This document shows positions 50,465-60,848 of a stretch of 64,000 bases of DNA, in pieces. Origin of the DNA: an uncultured Methylomirabilota bacterium (lineage in GTDB: Bacteria; Methylomirabilota; Methylomirabilia; Methylomirabilales; 2-02-FULL-66-22). The notes under the pieces are model-generated. The model was not told the origin of the DNA and made no database searches. It saw nothing but the letters and a program-made list of their open reading frames with translations. Location of the stretch: positions 3,296,001-3,360,000 of the forward strand of contig OY970067.1 of assembly GCA_963705305.1 (NCBI GenBank). The letters run 5' to 3'. The translations under genes were made by a program, and so were the position numbers. Position 1 is the stretch's first letter, and every line of letters starts with the position of its first letter.

Positions 50465-51805
50465 ATGGACGCCGATACCACTTCCAGCCCGCCAGTCCAG
50501 CCCCAGGGCGGGCCTGCCGCTCCAAGGGCCGGCGACGTCCGGACGGTCGAGGCCGCGGAAGATGTACTGGCGGGGGACAGTCAGAAGAACTGGTACCGCC
50601 GCCTCCTCCCCTTCCTCGGCCCGGCCTTCATCGCCAGCGTGGCGTACGTCGATCCGGGCAACTACGCGACGAACATCCAGGGCGGGGCGCAGTTCGGCTA
50701 CATGCTGCTCTGGGTCATCACGGCCAGCAACGCGATGGCCATGCTCATCCAGATGCTCTCCGCCAAGCTGGGCATCGCCACGGGGAGGAACCTGGCCGAG
50801 TTGTGCCGCGAGCAGTACCCGCTCTGGCTCAGCTGGAGCATGTGGGTGCTCATGGAAGGGGTCGCCATCGCCACGGACCTGGCGGAGTTCCTGGGGGCGG
50901 CGGTGGGCTTTAACCTGCTCTTCGGGCTTCCCCTGCTGGCGGCCGGCCTCCTCACGGGGGTCACGACCTTCATCATCCTGGCCCTGGAGCGGCACGGCTT
51001 CCGTCCCCTGGAGGCGGTGATCAGCGCCATGGTGGGGGTCATCGCCGTCTGCTACCTGGTCGAGACCATTCTGGATCGCCCCGACTGGGGGCTGCTGGCC
51101 TACAGCGCGGTGGTGCCGACCTTCCGCGGCTCGGAGAGCGTGCTGCTGGCCACGGGCATCCTGGGCGCCACCGTGATGCCCCACGTCATCTTCCTGCACT
51201 CGGCCCTGACCCAGGGGCGCATCGTGACCCGCAAGCCGGCCGAGCTGCGCCGGCTGTTCCGGTTCGAGTGCGTGGATGTCACCATCGCCATGGGCGTCGC
51301 CGGCCTGGTGAACATGGCCATGCTCATCATGGCGGCGGCGACCTTCCACCGCCAGGGCCTCACCTCCGTGGGGACGATCGAGGAGGCCTACAAGACCCTC
51401 ACTCCCCTGCTGGGCTCGGCCGCCAGCTGGGTCTTTGCCATCTCGCTGCTGGCCTCGGGCCTGTCTTCCTCGACGGTGGGCACCATGTCCGGCCAGGTGG
51501 TCATGCAGGGCTTCATCCACCGGCAGATCCCCGTCTGGTTCCGGCGTCTGTTCACCATGGTCCCGGCGCTCGTTGTCATCGCCGCGGGGCTGGATCCCAC
51601 CCGAACGCTGGTCCTCAGCCAGGTCGTGCTGAGCTTCGGTCTCCCCTTCGCCCTGGTTCCCCTGGTCCTCTTCACCGCCCGCCCGGATCTGATGGGCGTG
51701 CTGGTCAATCGGCGGCCGACCACGGTTCTGACCTGGCTGATCACGCTGCTCATTGTTGCGTTGAATATCTTCCTGCTGTATCAGCTTCTGTGGATCGGAG
51801 GATGA
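50465..51805 (+). CDS. mntH: NRAMP-family Mn2+ transporter
   Basis: AYVDPGN, TDLAEFLG, GATVMPH, SQVVLS. Confidence 0.95.
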   Translation: MDADTTSSPPVQPQGGPAAPRAGDVRTVEAAEDVLAGDSQKNWYRRLLPFLGPAFIASVAYVDPGNYATNIQGGAQFGYMLLWVITASNAMAMLIQMLSAKLGIATGRNLAELCREQYPLWLSWSMWVLMEGVAIATDLAEFLGAAVGFNLLFGLPLLAAGLLTGVTTFIILALERHGFRPLEAVISAMVGVIAVCYLVETILDRPDWGLLAYSAVVPTFRGSESVLLATGILGATVMPHVIFLHSALTQGRIVTRKPAELRRLFRFECVDVTIAMGVAGLVNMAMLIMAAATFHRQGLTSVGTIEEAYKTLTPLLGSAASWVFAISLLASGLSSSTVGTMSGQVVMQGFIHRQIPVWFRRLFTMVPALVVIAAGLDPTRTLVLSQVVLSFGLPFALVPLVLFTARPDLMGVLVNRRPTTVLTWLITLLIVALNIFLLYQLLWIGG

Positions 51806-51809
51806 CCCC

Positions 51810-52727
51810 GTGGTGCGACACATCCTAGTCCCCCTCGACGGATCGACCCTGGCCGAGTCCGTGCTTCCGGCGGCGGCGGCGCTGGCGGAGGCCTTCGCGG
51901 CGGACGTGACCCTGTTCCACGCGATGGAGGCGCGGCCTCCGGAAACGGTCCACGGCCAGCCGCACCTCACGGACCCCGAGCAGGCAGAGGCCTACCTGGA
52001 GCGCGTGGGGGGCAGCCCGATCTTCCGCGACCGGCACGTGAAGGTCCACGTGCACCGGCCGCAGACGGGAGACGTGGCCGATTCCCTGATGGCCCACGCG
52101 CGCGAGCTGGAGGCCGACCTGGTGGTCCTGGCCACCCACGGGCGGGGCGGCCTGCGCGATCTGCTCTTCGGCAGCATCGCGCAGCAGGCTCTCCAGCGCG
52201 GGACGACTCCCATCCTGCTGGTGAATCCGACGCCGGAAGGGGAGGCGCCGTCCTTCGATCCCCACACCATCCTGGTGCCGCTGGACGGGACCGCCGCGCA
52301 CGAGCCGGCCCTGCCGGTGGCCGCCAGGCTGGCCCGGGCCTGGGGTGCCACCCTGGTGCTGGTGCATGCAGTGCCCACGACACAGACGCTCTCGGGACAT
52401 CAGGGGGCCGCCGGCACCCTGCTCCCCCTGGCTGCCCGCGCCATGCTGGAGCTCTCGGAAAAAGGGGCGGCGGAGTACATGCAGAAGGTGGCGGGAGGGC
52501 TGGAGCGGGAGGGTGTCACTGTGCGATGGTCGGTGGGACGCGGGGAGGCTGTGAGCGTCCTGCTGGAGACGGCCGACCGGGTGCGGGCAGACCTGGTCGT
52601 GCTGGCCACCCATGCGCTGGGGACGTTGGAGAGCTTCTGGGCCAAGAGCCTGACCCCCAGGCTCATGCAGGGTCTTGCCCGCCCCGTCCTGCTGGTGCGG
52701 GCGGAGGGGGAGGAGCCCAGCCGCTGA
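51810..52727 (+). CDS. Tandem-domain universal stress protein
   Basis: Two ILVPLDG units, ATHGRGG...FGS. Confidence 0.9.
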   Translation: MVRHILVPLDGSTLAESVLPAAAALAEAFAADVTLFHAMEARPPETVHGQPHLTDPEQAEAYLERVGGSPIFRDRHVKVHVHRPQTGDVADSLMAHARELEADLVVLATHGRGGLRDLLFGSIAQQALQRGTTPILLVNPTPEGEAPSFDPHTILVPLDGTAAHEPALPVAARLARAWGATLVLVHAVPTTQTLSGHQGAAGTLLPLAARAMLELSEKGAAEYMQKVAGGLEREGVTVRWSVGRGEAVSVLLETADRVRADLVVLATHALGTLESFWAKSLTPRLMQGLARPVLLVRAEGEEPSR

Positions 52728-52735
52728 GGCACCTG

Positions 52736-53770
52736 TCAGAGAAGGGGAAGGGCGCGGGCCAGCACGGCGATGGCCCGCCGGTAGTCGGCCAGGTCCAGAT
52801 GCTCGTCGGGAGTGTGGTCCAGGCGGGAGTCGCCCGGCCCGTAGGCGAGAATGGGGCAGCTCCAGGCGGGTCCGACGACATTCATGTCCGAGGTCCCGCT
52901 CTTGACCTTGAACTTCGGGTCCCCGCCCTCCGCCCGGACGGCCTGCAAGAGCGCGCGAACCAGCGGCGTGTTCTTCTCCGCCCGGAACGGCCCATCCGCT
53001 CCCCAGAAGCGGAGGCTGCCCGGCCCGGGATGCATCCCTTCCACGGCGCGCTGCACGTCCGCCGGCGTCAATCCCAGCGGAATCCGGATGGATACCTTGA
53101 GATAGATGGATTCCTGCAGGCCGTCATTCAGGCTGCGGATCTCGCGGAGGGCCGGATCCAGCCGGTCGAACATCCGCCTGCCGGCGTTATAGCCCTCGGC
53201 CCACCGCTGGATGCGCGTCCAGAGCGCCACGCCCTGCTCCAGGATTCCGGGTTGCTCGGCGGCGGAATGGGCGGCCGCCGCCGCGGCATCGTACGCCAGC
53301 ACGATCCGGCCCTTGTACCCCAGCGTCAGGGCATCGGCCCCGCCGGGCTCGCCGATCACACAGAAGCGGGGCGACATGGTCCGGGCCAGGTGCCGCGCGC
53401 CCCGCGAGCTGGCGGCTTCCTCCTCCGTGGCGCCCGCCACCACGATCCGCTTTCCCGGCAGCGGCCCCGCCTGCGCCGCGGCCAGGATGAACGCCGCCAG
53501 CGGGCCCTTGGCATCCACGCTCCCCCGCCCGTACAGCTTCCCGTCCTGGATGCGCACCGGCACGACGCCGGGCACGGTGTCCATGTGTCCGAGCAGCACG
53601 ATGTCCGCGGGGCCGTCTCCCAGGACCCCCACGGCATTTCCCGCCGCATCCACCGAGACGGTGAAGCCCAGCGCGGACATGGTCTCGACCAGGAAGGCGG
53701 CCAGCGCCGACTCCTCGCCCGAGGGGGAGGGGATCTCGATCATGCGCCGGAGCAGGGCGACGGGGTCCAT
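52736..53770 (-). CDS. lysK: [LysW]-lysine hydrolase (M20)
   Basis: LGHMDTVPG, GRGSVDAKG, EEE, GEP, GTSDMN, YGPGDS.LDHTPDEH; operon context. Confidence 0.9.
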   Translation of the reverse strand: MDPVALLRRMIEIPSPSGEESALAAFLVETMSALGFTVSVDAAGNAVGVLGDGPADIVLLGHMDTVPGVVPVRIQDGKLYGRGSVDAKGPLAAFILAAAQAGPLPGKRIVVAGATEEEAASSRGARHLARTMSPRFCVIGEPGGADALTLGYKGRIVLAYDAAAAAAHSAAEQPGILEQGVALWTRIQRWAEGYNAGRRMFDRLDPALREIRSLNDGLQESIYLKVSIRIPLGLTPADVQRAVEGMHPGPGSLRFWGADGPFRAEKNTPLVRALLQAVRAEGGDPKFKVKSGTSDMNVVGPAWSCPILAYGPGDSRLDHTPDEHLDLADYRRAIAVLARALPLL

Positions 53771-53855
53771 GGCTAGGCCGGGCGAGGGGGAGCAGGGGCG
53801 AGGGGGTGCGCCATGCACCTTGCGCTATGCACGCTAGCAGGGGCGCAGGGGCGGT

Positions 53856-55035
53856 TCATTCTCCGGCGGCCTTCGGGGTGGAGCTGAGGACGCGGGCGAG
53901 GGCGGAGATCACGACGTCGATCTCCTCGCGGGTGATGACCAGCGGCGGAAGGAAGCGCAGGACCGTCGCGCCGGCCAGGAGGGCCAGGACCCCCTCCTGC
54001 ATCAGGGCATGGGCGAAGGGGCCGGCCTTTTCCTTCAGCTCGATTCCGATCATGAGGCCGAGCCCGCGGATCTCCCGGATGCGGGGATTCGGAGATCTCT
54101 CGCAGGCGCCGGAAGAAGTATTCCCCCTTGTCGGCGGCCTGCCTCGGCAAGTCCTCATCCACCAGCACGTCCAGGGTGGCCGCGGCGGCGGCGCAGGCAA
54201 GGGGATTGCCCCCGAATGTGGAGGTGTGGGATTGCCGCTCGATCAGGCCGACCCGGGGGCTGATGCCGACGGCCCCCATGGGGATGCCGCCCGCGATCCC
54301 TTTGGCCATGGTGAGGATGTCGGGCAGGAGGTCGAAGTGCTCGCACGCGAACATCCGGCCCGTCCGCCCGAAGCCGGTCTGGATCTCGTCCACGATGAGG
54401 AGGGCGCCCCGGGCGTCGCAGGCCGCGCGGACGCCCCGCAAGAAGGAGGGGTCGGCGGGCCGCACGCCGCCCTCGCCCTGCACGGGCTCCAGGATCACCG
54501 CGGCCGTGTCGTCGCCGATCGCCTTCTCGAACTCCTCCAGGTTGTTGTAGGGGGCGTGGGCGAAGTCCGGCACCAGCGGGGCGAAGGGGTCGCGATACTT
54601 CCGCTCCCAGGTGGCGCTGAGAGACCCGAGGGTCTTGCCGTGGAACCCGCGCATGGCGGCCACGATGCGTTTTCGCCCGGTCGCCATGCGGGCGAACTTG
54701 AGGGCCCCCTCGACCGCCTCGGTGCCGGAGTTGCACAGGAAGAACCGGTTGATCCCCTCCGGCGTGATCCGGCCGAGGCGCTCCAGGCAGCGGGCTCGGG
54801 CGTCGTTGTAGAAAAGCTCGTTGCAGGTGATCAGGCGAGGCGCCTGGCCCTGGATGGCCCGGACGACGGCGGGGTGACAGTGACCGACGTTGGCCACCCC
54901 GACTCCCGCGACGCAGTCGATGTACTCGCGGCCGGCCTGGTCCCAGACCCGGGATCCCTGCCCGCGGACCAGGACGAGGCCGCGCTTCTGGTAGACGCCG
55001 ACGGAGAACTGATCCTCGATGGCCGGAATTTGCAT
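53856..55035 (-). pseudogene. lysJ: [LysW]-aminoadipate semialdehyde aminotransferase with a frameshift near 54090-54097 (possibly a sequencing error)
   Basis: [39 protein letters not shown] in one frame; IRGLGLMIG...LRFLPPL in another. Confidence 0.85.
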
Positions 55036-55079
55036 GGCTTCGGTCCGGGCGGTCCGACGGGCTCCCGCAGGCCGCCGCT

Positions 55080-55883
55080 TTACTGGATGACAGTCCCCCG
55101 GCCGTCCAGCGCGGCGCTCACGGGGCGCTCGGCGTTGGCGGCGGCCAGGACGACCCGCGGCACACCGGCCTCGAGGGCCACGGCCGCGGCCATGAGTTTT
55201 CGCTTCATGCGGCCGCGGGCCAGGGGCATGTATTCGTCGATCGCCCTGGCCGGAATCCGGGCCACCAGGGAGGCGGGATCGCCGAGATCGCGGAGGAGGC
55301 CGGGCACGTTGGAGAGCATGACGAAGTCGCCCGCCTTCATCGCGGCCGCAAGCTGGGCCGCGGCGGTATCCCCGTCCACGTTGACCGCCTCGCCGTCGAA
55401 GCTCGCGCCCGGGGGACACAGCACCGGCAGGTACCCGTGGTCCAGGAGCAGCGCGAGGAGCGCCGTGTTGACCCGCTCCACCCGTCCCGTGAAGTCGCCC
55501 CGCAGCACCTTCCGCTTGCCGCCCTCCAGGATCGTGATGGCGTCCTTCCGCTTGCCCTCGAAGATGCGGCCGTCCAGACCCGACAGGCCCACGGCGTTCA
55601 CCCCGCGCCGCTGGAAGGCCTCCACGATGGCTTTGTTGGCCTTGCCGCAATAGGCCATCTCGAAGATCTCCAGGGTCTCGCGGTCGGTGTATCGGCTTTC
55701 CAGGCCCGAGGCCGACGTGACGAAGCGCGGGGGCTTTCCCAGCCGCTCGGAGAGCGCGTTGGTCTCGCCCGAGGCGCCGTGGACCAGAATGACCTTCCGG
55801 CCGGCGCGCAGGATATCGGCGAGGTCCGCGACAGTCGGGTCAATCTGCGTTCCGGATCCGCCACCGATTTTCACGACCAGCAT
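55080..55883 (-). CDS. lysZ: [LysW]-aminoadipate kinase
   Basis: VVKIGG, VHGAS, SRYTD, NVDGD, GRMKRK. Confidence 0.9.
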   Translation of the reverse strand: MLVVKIGGGSGTQIDPTVADLADILRAGRKVILVHGASGETNALSERLGKPPRFVTSASGLESRYTDRETLEIFEMAYCGKANKAIVEAFQRRGVNAVGLSGLDGRIFEGKRKDAITILEGGKRKVLRGDFTGRVERVNTALLALLLDHGYLPVLCPPGASFDGEAVNVDGDTAAAQLAAAMKAGDFVMLSNVPGLLRDLGDPASLVARIPARAIDEYMPLARGRMKRKLMAAAVALEAGVPRVVLAAANAERPVSAALDGRGTVIQ

Positions 55884-55919
55884 TGGCAGCTCGCTGGGAA
55901 GGAGTACGGGCCTAGAACA

Positions 55920-56177
55920 TCAACGAGACGCGCCAGACTTCAGGAGCTTCGGATCGTTTTGGATGATTACGGTAGGATTGGGATTTCGTGGGGGAACTGG
56001 CAGGATCTCTTGCTTCAGGACGGCGAGGTGATCCTCCGTGGCCCACTTGGCCTGATACAAGCAATCTTCCACGGAGTGGCCGATCCCGGTGAACCCCTCC
56101 AGTTCGGAAGAGGAGAAGCCGAAGAAATTGGGGTCCTCGGTTGCCTCGATCACAAGCGAATACTTGAGGTCGATCAT
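55920..56177 (-). CDS. HicB-like antitoxin
   Basis: YSLVIE...FFGF...LEGFTGIGHSVEDCL..AKWA..DHL. Confidence 0.7.
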   Translation of the reverse strand: MIDLKYSLVIEATEDPNFFGFSSSELEGFTGIGHSVEDCLYQAKWATEDHLAVLKQEILPVPPRNPNPTVIIQNDPKLLKSGASR

Positions 56178-56245
56178 CAGTCTCTCCCGCCCTCAGGATG
56201 GCCCAACACGCCGCAATCGGGAGATTCTTTTCGCCGCGTCCTACT
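56175..56245 (-). pseudogene. Probable HicA toxin C-terminal remnant
   Basis: GRGEKNLPIAACWAILRAG directly upstream of hicB resembles the HicA tail (DLPxGTxxxILKQAG). Confidence 0.4.
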
Positions 56246-56549
56246 TGACTTGCACTCTTCGGGCATCGAGCCATTTCTTGAGGGATTGAGGACTCTCTCC
56301 CGAGCGGCGGCCCGCCAGAAGCCCGGCGACGGTCAGGTCTTCGTCCAAATCCGGCCAGTGGATGAAGGCGCCATCTCCGAAGAGCTCGAAGTGGTTCCGT
56401 TCCGCCTGTGTCGCGTGCCACAGCCGTGGATACCAGGCGATCGGCACGACAATGGTGCGTCCATCCACGAGATCAACCGTGAGCGCTTCATCGCTGACGA
56501 TAAGCTCGAGCGCCCGAGCCTCTTGCAGCTCACCGACCGAAAAATTCAT
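56241..56549 (-). CDS. DUF2442 family protein
   Basis: LVDGRTIVVPIAWYPRL..AT..ER, IHWPDLDEDL. Confidence 0.88.
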   Translation of the reverse strand: MNFSVGELQEARALELIVSDEALTVDLVDGRTIVVPIAWYPRLWHATQAERNHFELFGDGAFIHWPDLDEDLTVAGLLAGRRSGESPQSLKKWLDARRVQVK

Positions 56550-56766
56550 GCCACATCTCCAGCAATCTCTCTTGATGCTCCTGGATCAAGTCGGCGATGG
56601 TGTTGAGTTCGGACCTATTGTAGCCCCCAGCCTGTTGCAAGGCAACAGGATCCAACCAGAACTTTGCCACCCGGTTCTCCCGCCTGACATGGATATGCGG
56701 CGGCTCGTCGCGATCGAGAGAGGCGAAGAACAGACGATACGGTCCAATCCTCAGCGCTGTAGGCAT
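56530..56766 (-). CDS. DUF4160 family protein
   Basis: MPT.LRIGPYRLFF...DEPPHIHV...AKFWL...WHEFF. Confidence 0.88.
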   Translation of the reverse strand: MPTALRIGPYRLFFASLDRDEPPHIHVRRENRVAKFWLDPVALQQAGGYNRSELNTIADLIQEHQERLLEMWHEFFGR

Positions 56767-56871
56767 GCCTGAGTATCGCCCGAATCGAGTTGTCCCGGAT
56801 TACGAAAATCATCAAGATGCACGGAGGGACACCTCGATGTGCGCGGCGAGGGTTGGGTCGTGGCCCCTGCA

Positions 56872-57912
56872 CTAAACCGGATGCAATCCCGGAAATTCTA
56901 GCCCCTGGGTCTCGGGCAGGCCGCAGGCCAGGTTCATGGCCTGGACGGCGTTGCCGGCCGCCCCCTTGACCAGATTGTCCAGGGCCGCCATGACGACCAG
57001 GCGCGAGCCGCGCGCGTCCTTCTCGAAGCCAACGTCGCAGAAATTGGTCCCCGCCAGGAGCTTCGGCTCCGGGTAGCGGTAGATGCCCTGGCGGTCCTTG
57101 ACAATCCGCAGGAAGGGCTCGTTCCCATACTCGGCCCGGTACACCTTCCATACGTCTTTCTCCTCCACCCCGTCCTTGAGGAACACATGGCAGGTGGCCA
57201 GGACTCCCCGCACCGCCTCGATGGCCGTGGCGCTGAAATGCACGAGAGGGGCCCGGCCGAAGGCCAGCTCCTGGGCGATCTCGGCCGTGTGGCGGTGGCC
57301 GGTGGGCTGGAACGAGCGCACGGCGCCGCTACGCTCGGGATGGTGGGTGGACAGGTGCGGCGTGTCGCCGGCTGCGGACGAACCGACCTTGGCCTCGATG
57401 AAGACCTCGGATCTGGCCAGGAGATCATGCTTGAAGACCGGCATCAGCCCCAGGATGGACGCCGTGGCCAGGCAGCCCGCGCCGGTGATGAGCCGGGCCT
57501 GGGCGATGGCCGCGCGGTGCAGCTCCGGGATGCCGTACACGAACCGGTCGAGGTATTGCGGCGCCTCGTGGGGATGGCCGTACCAGGCGGGGTACGCCTC
57601 CGGATCGCGCAGCCGGAAATCGGCGCTGAGGTCGATCAGGGTTCGCGCCAGCCCATCCAGCTGGCCGATCCGGCGCATGGCCGCGCCGTGCGGGAGGCAG
57701 AGGAACAGGATGTCGCAGGGCTTCAGCTCGCCGATGGTCGTGAACTTGAGCTGGGTCTGTTTCCGGAGGTTCGGATGCAGGGTGTGGGCGTATTGACCGG
57801 CGCTCGACTCGGAGGTGATCTGGCCGATCTGAACCCCCGGGTGGCGGAGCAAGATGCGCAGGACCTCGCCGCCGGTGTAGCCGGAGGCGCCGACGATGCC
57901 GACGGTGATCAT
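56872..57912 (-). CDS. lysY: [LysW]-aminoadipyl-phosphate reductase (ArgC family)
   Basis: VGASGYTG, DLSADFRL, GAGC, HPERSG, DNLVKGAAG. Confidence 0.9.
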   Translation of the reverse strand: MITVGIVGASGYTGGEVLRILLRHPGVQIGQITSESSAGQYAHTLHPNLRKQTQLKFTTIGELKPCDILFLCLPHGAAMRRIGQLDGLARTLIDLSADFRLRDPEAYPAWYGHPHEAPQYLDRFVYGIPELHRAAIAQARLITGAGCLATASILGLMPVFKHDLLARSEVFIEAKVGSSAAGDTPHLSTHHPERSGAVRSFQPTGHRHTAEIAQELAFGRAPLVHFSATAIEAVRGVLATCHVFLKDGVEEKDVWKVYRAEYGNEPFLRIVKDRQGIYRYPEPKLLAGTNFCDVGFEKDARGSRLVVMAALDNLVKGAAGNAVQAMNLACGLPETQGLEFPGLHPV

Positions 57913-57937
57913 CCGAGAGGGCTCCGGTGAATCCACG

Positions 57938-58078
57938 GGGGTTCATTCGCCGCGGCTTGCCGCGAGTCCGTCATACCGGCGAAAGCCGGTATCCAGAATG
58001 CCCGACTGGATTCCGTGTCAAGCACGGAATGACGGGCCAAAACAAGAGACGACACCCTGCGGCTTGCCGCGGGGTTGC
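57938..58078. repeat. Nested REP-like palindromes between lysX and lysY
   Basis: CCGTCATACCGGCGAAAGCCGGTATCCAG...CTGGATTCCGTGTCAAGCACGGAATGACGG flanked by two GCGGCTTGCCGC hairpins; the left flank recurs at 18230-18258. Confidence 0.7.
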
Positions 58079-58124
58079 TCATCGCAATACCGACATAATG
58101 ATGCGTGCGGCCATGGGGGCCGCG

Positions 58125-58964
58125 TCATCCCCGCGCCACCTCCAGCACGTAGTTCACGACCTTGGCCGGGATGTTCACGCCGGTCGTGTCGATGCTGTTC
58201 CGGAACTCCATGGTGTAGTTGACCTCGTTCACCGTGAGGCCGTCGGGGGTCTCGAATACGTCGATGGCCACGATGCCGCCGCCCACCGCTTTGGCGGCCC
58301 GGACGGAGACATTGTGGAGCTCCGGCGTCACCGGACAGTTGCTGGCGACGCCGCCCCGCGCCGTGTTGGTGATCCAGTGGGGCGAGGTGCGATAGATGGC
58401 GCAGATGGTCTCGTCGCCCACCACGAACGAGCGGATATCCCGGCCGCGCTTCTCGACGTACTCCTGGATGTAGAAGGTGGAGTGGTGGTAGGAGCCGAGG
58501 GTCTCCTTGTGCTCCAGGATGGCCTCGGCCGCCTCCCGGTCGTTGACCTTGGAGAGCAGCCGCCCCCAGGAGCCGACGGCGGGCTTCAGGACCACCGGAT
58601 AGCCGAGCTGCTCGATGGCCTGGAGCGCCGCCTCCGACGTGTACGCCACCAGCACCCGCGGCGTCGGCACGCCGTGCTTGATGAGCGCCAGGGTGGTCAG
58701 CAGCTTGTCGCCGCACGTGCTGGCGACCTCGTAGCTGTTGACGGTCCGCACCCCGCAATCGTTCAGGTACTTCACGGTGTGCAGCGCCCGCGAGTGGTTG
58801 ATGCAGCGCTCCAGGATGACGTCGAAGTCCCAGCGCCGGTGGTGGAGGTCCAGGATCAGCTCCCAGTCGTCGATCCGAATATACTCGACCCCCTGGCGCC
58901 GGAACTCGTCGAAGAGCAGTTTCTCTTCCTTGCGAACCAGCGAGCAGAGCACGCCGATCTTCAT
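58125..58964 (-). CDS. lysX: Alpha-aminoadipate--LysW ligase (ATP-grasp)
   Basis: [43 protein letters not shown]. Confidence 0.92.
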   Translation of the reverse strand: MKIGVLCSLVRKEEKLLFDEFRRQGVEYIRIDDWELILDLHHRRWDFDVILERCINHSRALHTVKYLNDCGVRTVNSYEVASTCGDKLLTTLALIKHGVPTPRVLVAYTSEAALQAIEQLGYPVVLKPAVGSWGRLLSKVNDREAAEAILEHKETLGSYHHSTFYIQEYVEKRGRDIRSFVVGDETICAIYRTSPHWITNTARGGVASNCPVTPELHNVSVRAAKAVGGGIVAIDVFETPDGLTVNEVNYTMEFRNSIDTTGVNIPAKVVNYVLEVARG

Positions 58965-59125
58965 TCGCCCCAATCCTCTTCTTCCTCGGGAGCCGGCGCC
59001 ACCTCGGGCGGATCCACGCTGACGACCTCCAGATCCATCCCGCAGTCCGGGCACTGGATGATCTCGCCGACCTCGGTGGACGACTCGAAGGGAACCTCGG
59101 CCTCGCATTCGGTGCAGATCGCCAT
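58961..59125 (-). CDS. lysW: Amino-group carrier protein LysW
   Basis: CTEC...CPDCG zinc ribbon and C-terminal EEDWGE. Confidence 0.95.
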   Translation of the reverse strand: MAICTECEAEVPFESSTEVGEIIQCPDCGMDLEVVSVDPPEVAPAPEEEEDWGE

Positions 59126-59962
59126 GGACAGACCCTCCTCGAAAAAAGATGAAAACGTCGGGAGAATACCACGACCTCCGGATGCCTTCAAGTGGAACGC
59201 GTCGGGTCATGACCGGCGGTGCGGCAGGCCCCGCACTGAAGCGGCCGAGGCCATGTGCTACTCTGGTGCGGCCGGCCCGACTTGGGCCGGACGATCCGGG
59301 GAATTGGCCTGAAAGGGCAGGGCTTTTTCTTGGAGCCGTTTGCGACAAGCAGCATCCCCCGGGGGCGAACCCCTGGTGGGGTGGACCACCGGATCCATCG
59401 CCGTTAACGCCACTGAAAGTGATCGACTCACGTTGAGGTGGCGGGGGACTGGACCGTCACTTGAGCAAACGTCCCGTCCCCGCGGGAGGCCCCTGGGCCC
59501 TCTGCTCCGGTGGGCGAAGGCCGGCGGGGGAAAGCCCACTGTCCTTGTCCACTATGATGAACCATGCCGAACCGATGGCGACGGCCTCCGCCAAGGGGGG
59601 GCAGGCGGCAACCCCCCTTGACGCCGGTTCACTGTGTGACTAAATTAACTATTTCAAGGTGCGGCGAGTCCGGGGGCGCGAGGAAGCCGAGGCGGAGGAG
59701 GAGACGGTCCTGGGTGTGGTAGGGGGTGGTGCTGGCCGGGCTCCTGCTGGTCGGGGCCTACATCCTCTTCAACGTTCTGGATGTCGACGGCTCAGACGTG
59801 CAGGCGGCTCTCCCACACGTGTCTTGAGGCTAACCAAATGAATTCAAGGCTCTTCTGTCAGACCGGCGACACGAGCGTCGATCAGAGTTCTTCCCCGGAT
59901 CCAGCGGATCGCGGTGCCCAATTCCCCCCGCCGGTCTCCGGGTCGGGCGCGGGAGGCGTCTC

Positions 59963-60670
59963 ATGAGTCCCCAGACGAAGCCGACGGGCCGAACCCCGCA
60001 GCGCGCCCGGGGCCGGGGGCCGACGCCGACCCCCGGGCCGTTCGATCCGGCGGCCTTCCTGGCCAGGGTCGGGGAGGGCCGCACGAGCCTCGAGTACCGC
60101 AAGAACGAGGTCGTCTTTGCGCAAGGGGATGCGGCGGATGCCGTGTTCTTCCTCCAGAAGGGGAAAATCAAGCTGACGGTCGTCTCCCGGCACGGCAAGG
60201 AGGCGGTCGTGGCCCTGCTGGACGAAGGCGCCTTCTTCGGGGAGGGCTGCCTGGTCGTGCAGCCGCTGCGGATGGCGACCGCCACCACGCTGACGCCCTG
60301 CGCCATCCTGCGGATCGAGAAGGCGGCCATGGTGCAGGTGCTCCACACCGAGCCCGCCTTCGCCGCCCGGTTCATCACCCACCTGCTCGCCCGCAACGTC
60401 CGCATTGAAGAGGATCTGGTGGACCAGCTGTTCAATTCGGCGGAGAAGCGGCTGGCGCGGGCGCTGCTCCTGCTGGCCAATTTCGGCAAGGAGGGGCGGC
60501 CGGAGACGATCCTGCCGCAGGTCAGCCAGGAGACTCTCGCGGACATGATCGGCACCACCCGCGCACGGGTCAGCGCCTTCATGAACAAGTTCCGCAAGCT
60601 GGGGTTCATCGACTACAACGGCGGGCTGGAGGTCCACAGCGGGCTCCTGAACGTCATCCTGCACGACTGA
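59963..60670 (+). CDS. Crp/Fnr-family transcriptional regulator
   Basis: GKIKL...GKEAVV...FFGEGCL...RMATA; EKRLAR; SQETLADMIGTTRARVS. Confidence 0.92.
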   Translation: MSPQTKPTGRTPQRARGRGPTPTPGPFDPAAFLARVGEGRTSLEYRKNEVVFAQGDAADAVFFLQKGKIKLTVVSRHGKEAVVALLDEGAFFGEGCLVVQPLRMATATTLTPCAILRIEKAAMVQVLHTEPAFAARFITHLLARNVRIEEDLVDQLFNSAEKRLARALLLLANFGKEGRPETILPQVSQETLADMIGTTRARVSAFMNKFRKLGFIDYNGGLEVHSGLLNVILHD

Positions 60671-60848
60671 CGGCCGCCACAGCCCGCCGCCGGGCGGTCC
60701 CTCCTCCGATTCTCCCCGAATGTGTGCAAAATTGAACAGACACCCCCCCGGCCTCCCGGCGTACCTATCTCCCACAACGGCTCTCGACCCACGGCGCCCC
60801 GGCGGGGGGCAGGAGGCGGGACCAAACCCGCACGCGAGGCGCGCGAGC

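Noticed and set aside
59126..59630. Lysine or c-di-AMP riboswitch upstream of lysW
   Set aside because: Conserved cores are absent; part of the region instead reads GKPTVLVHYD, like a degraded M20 peptidase fragment
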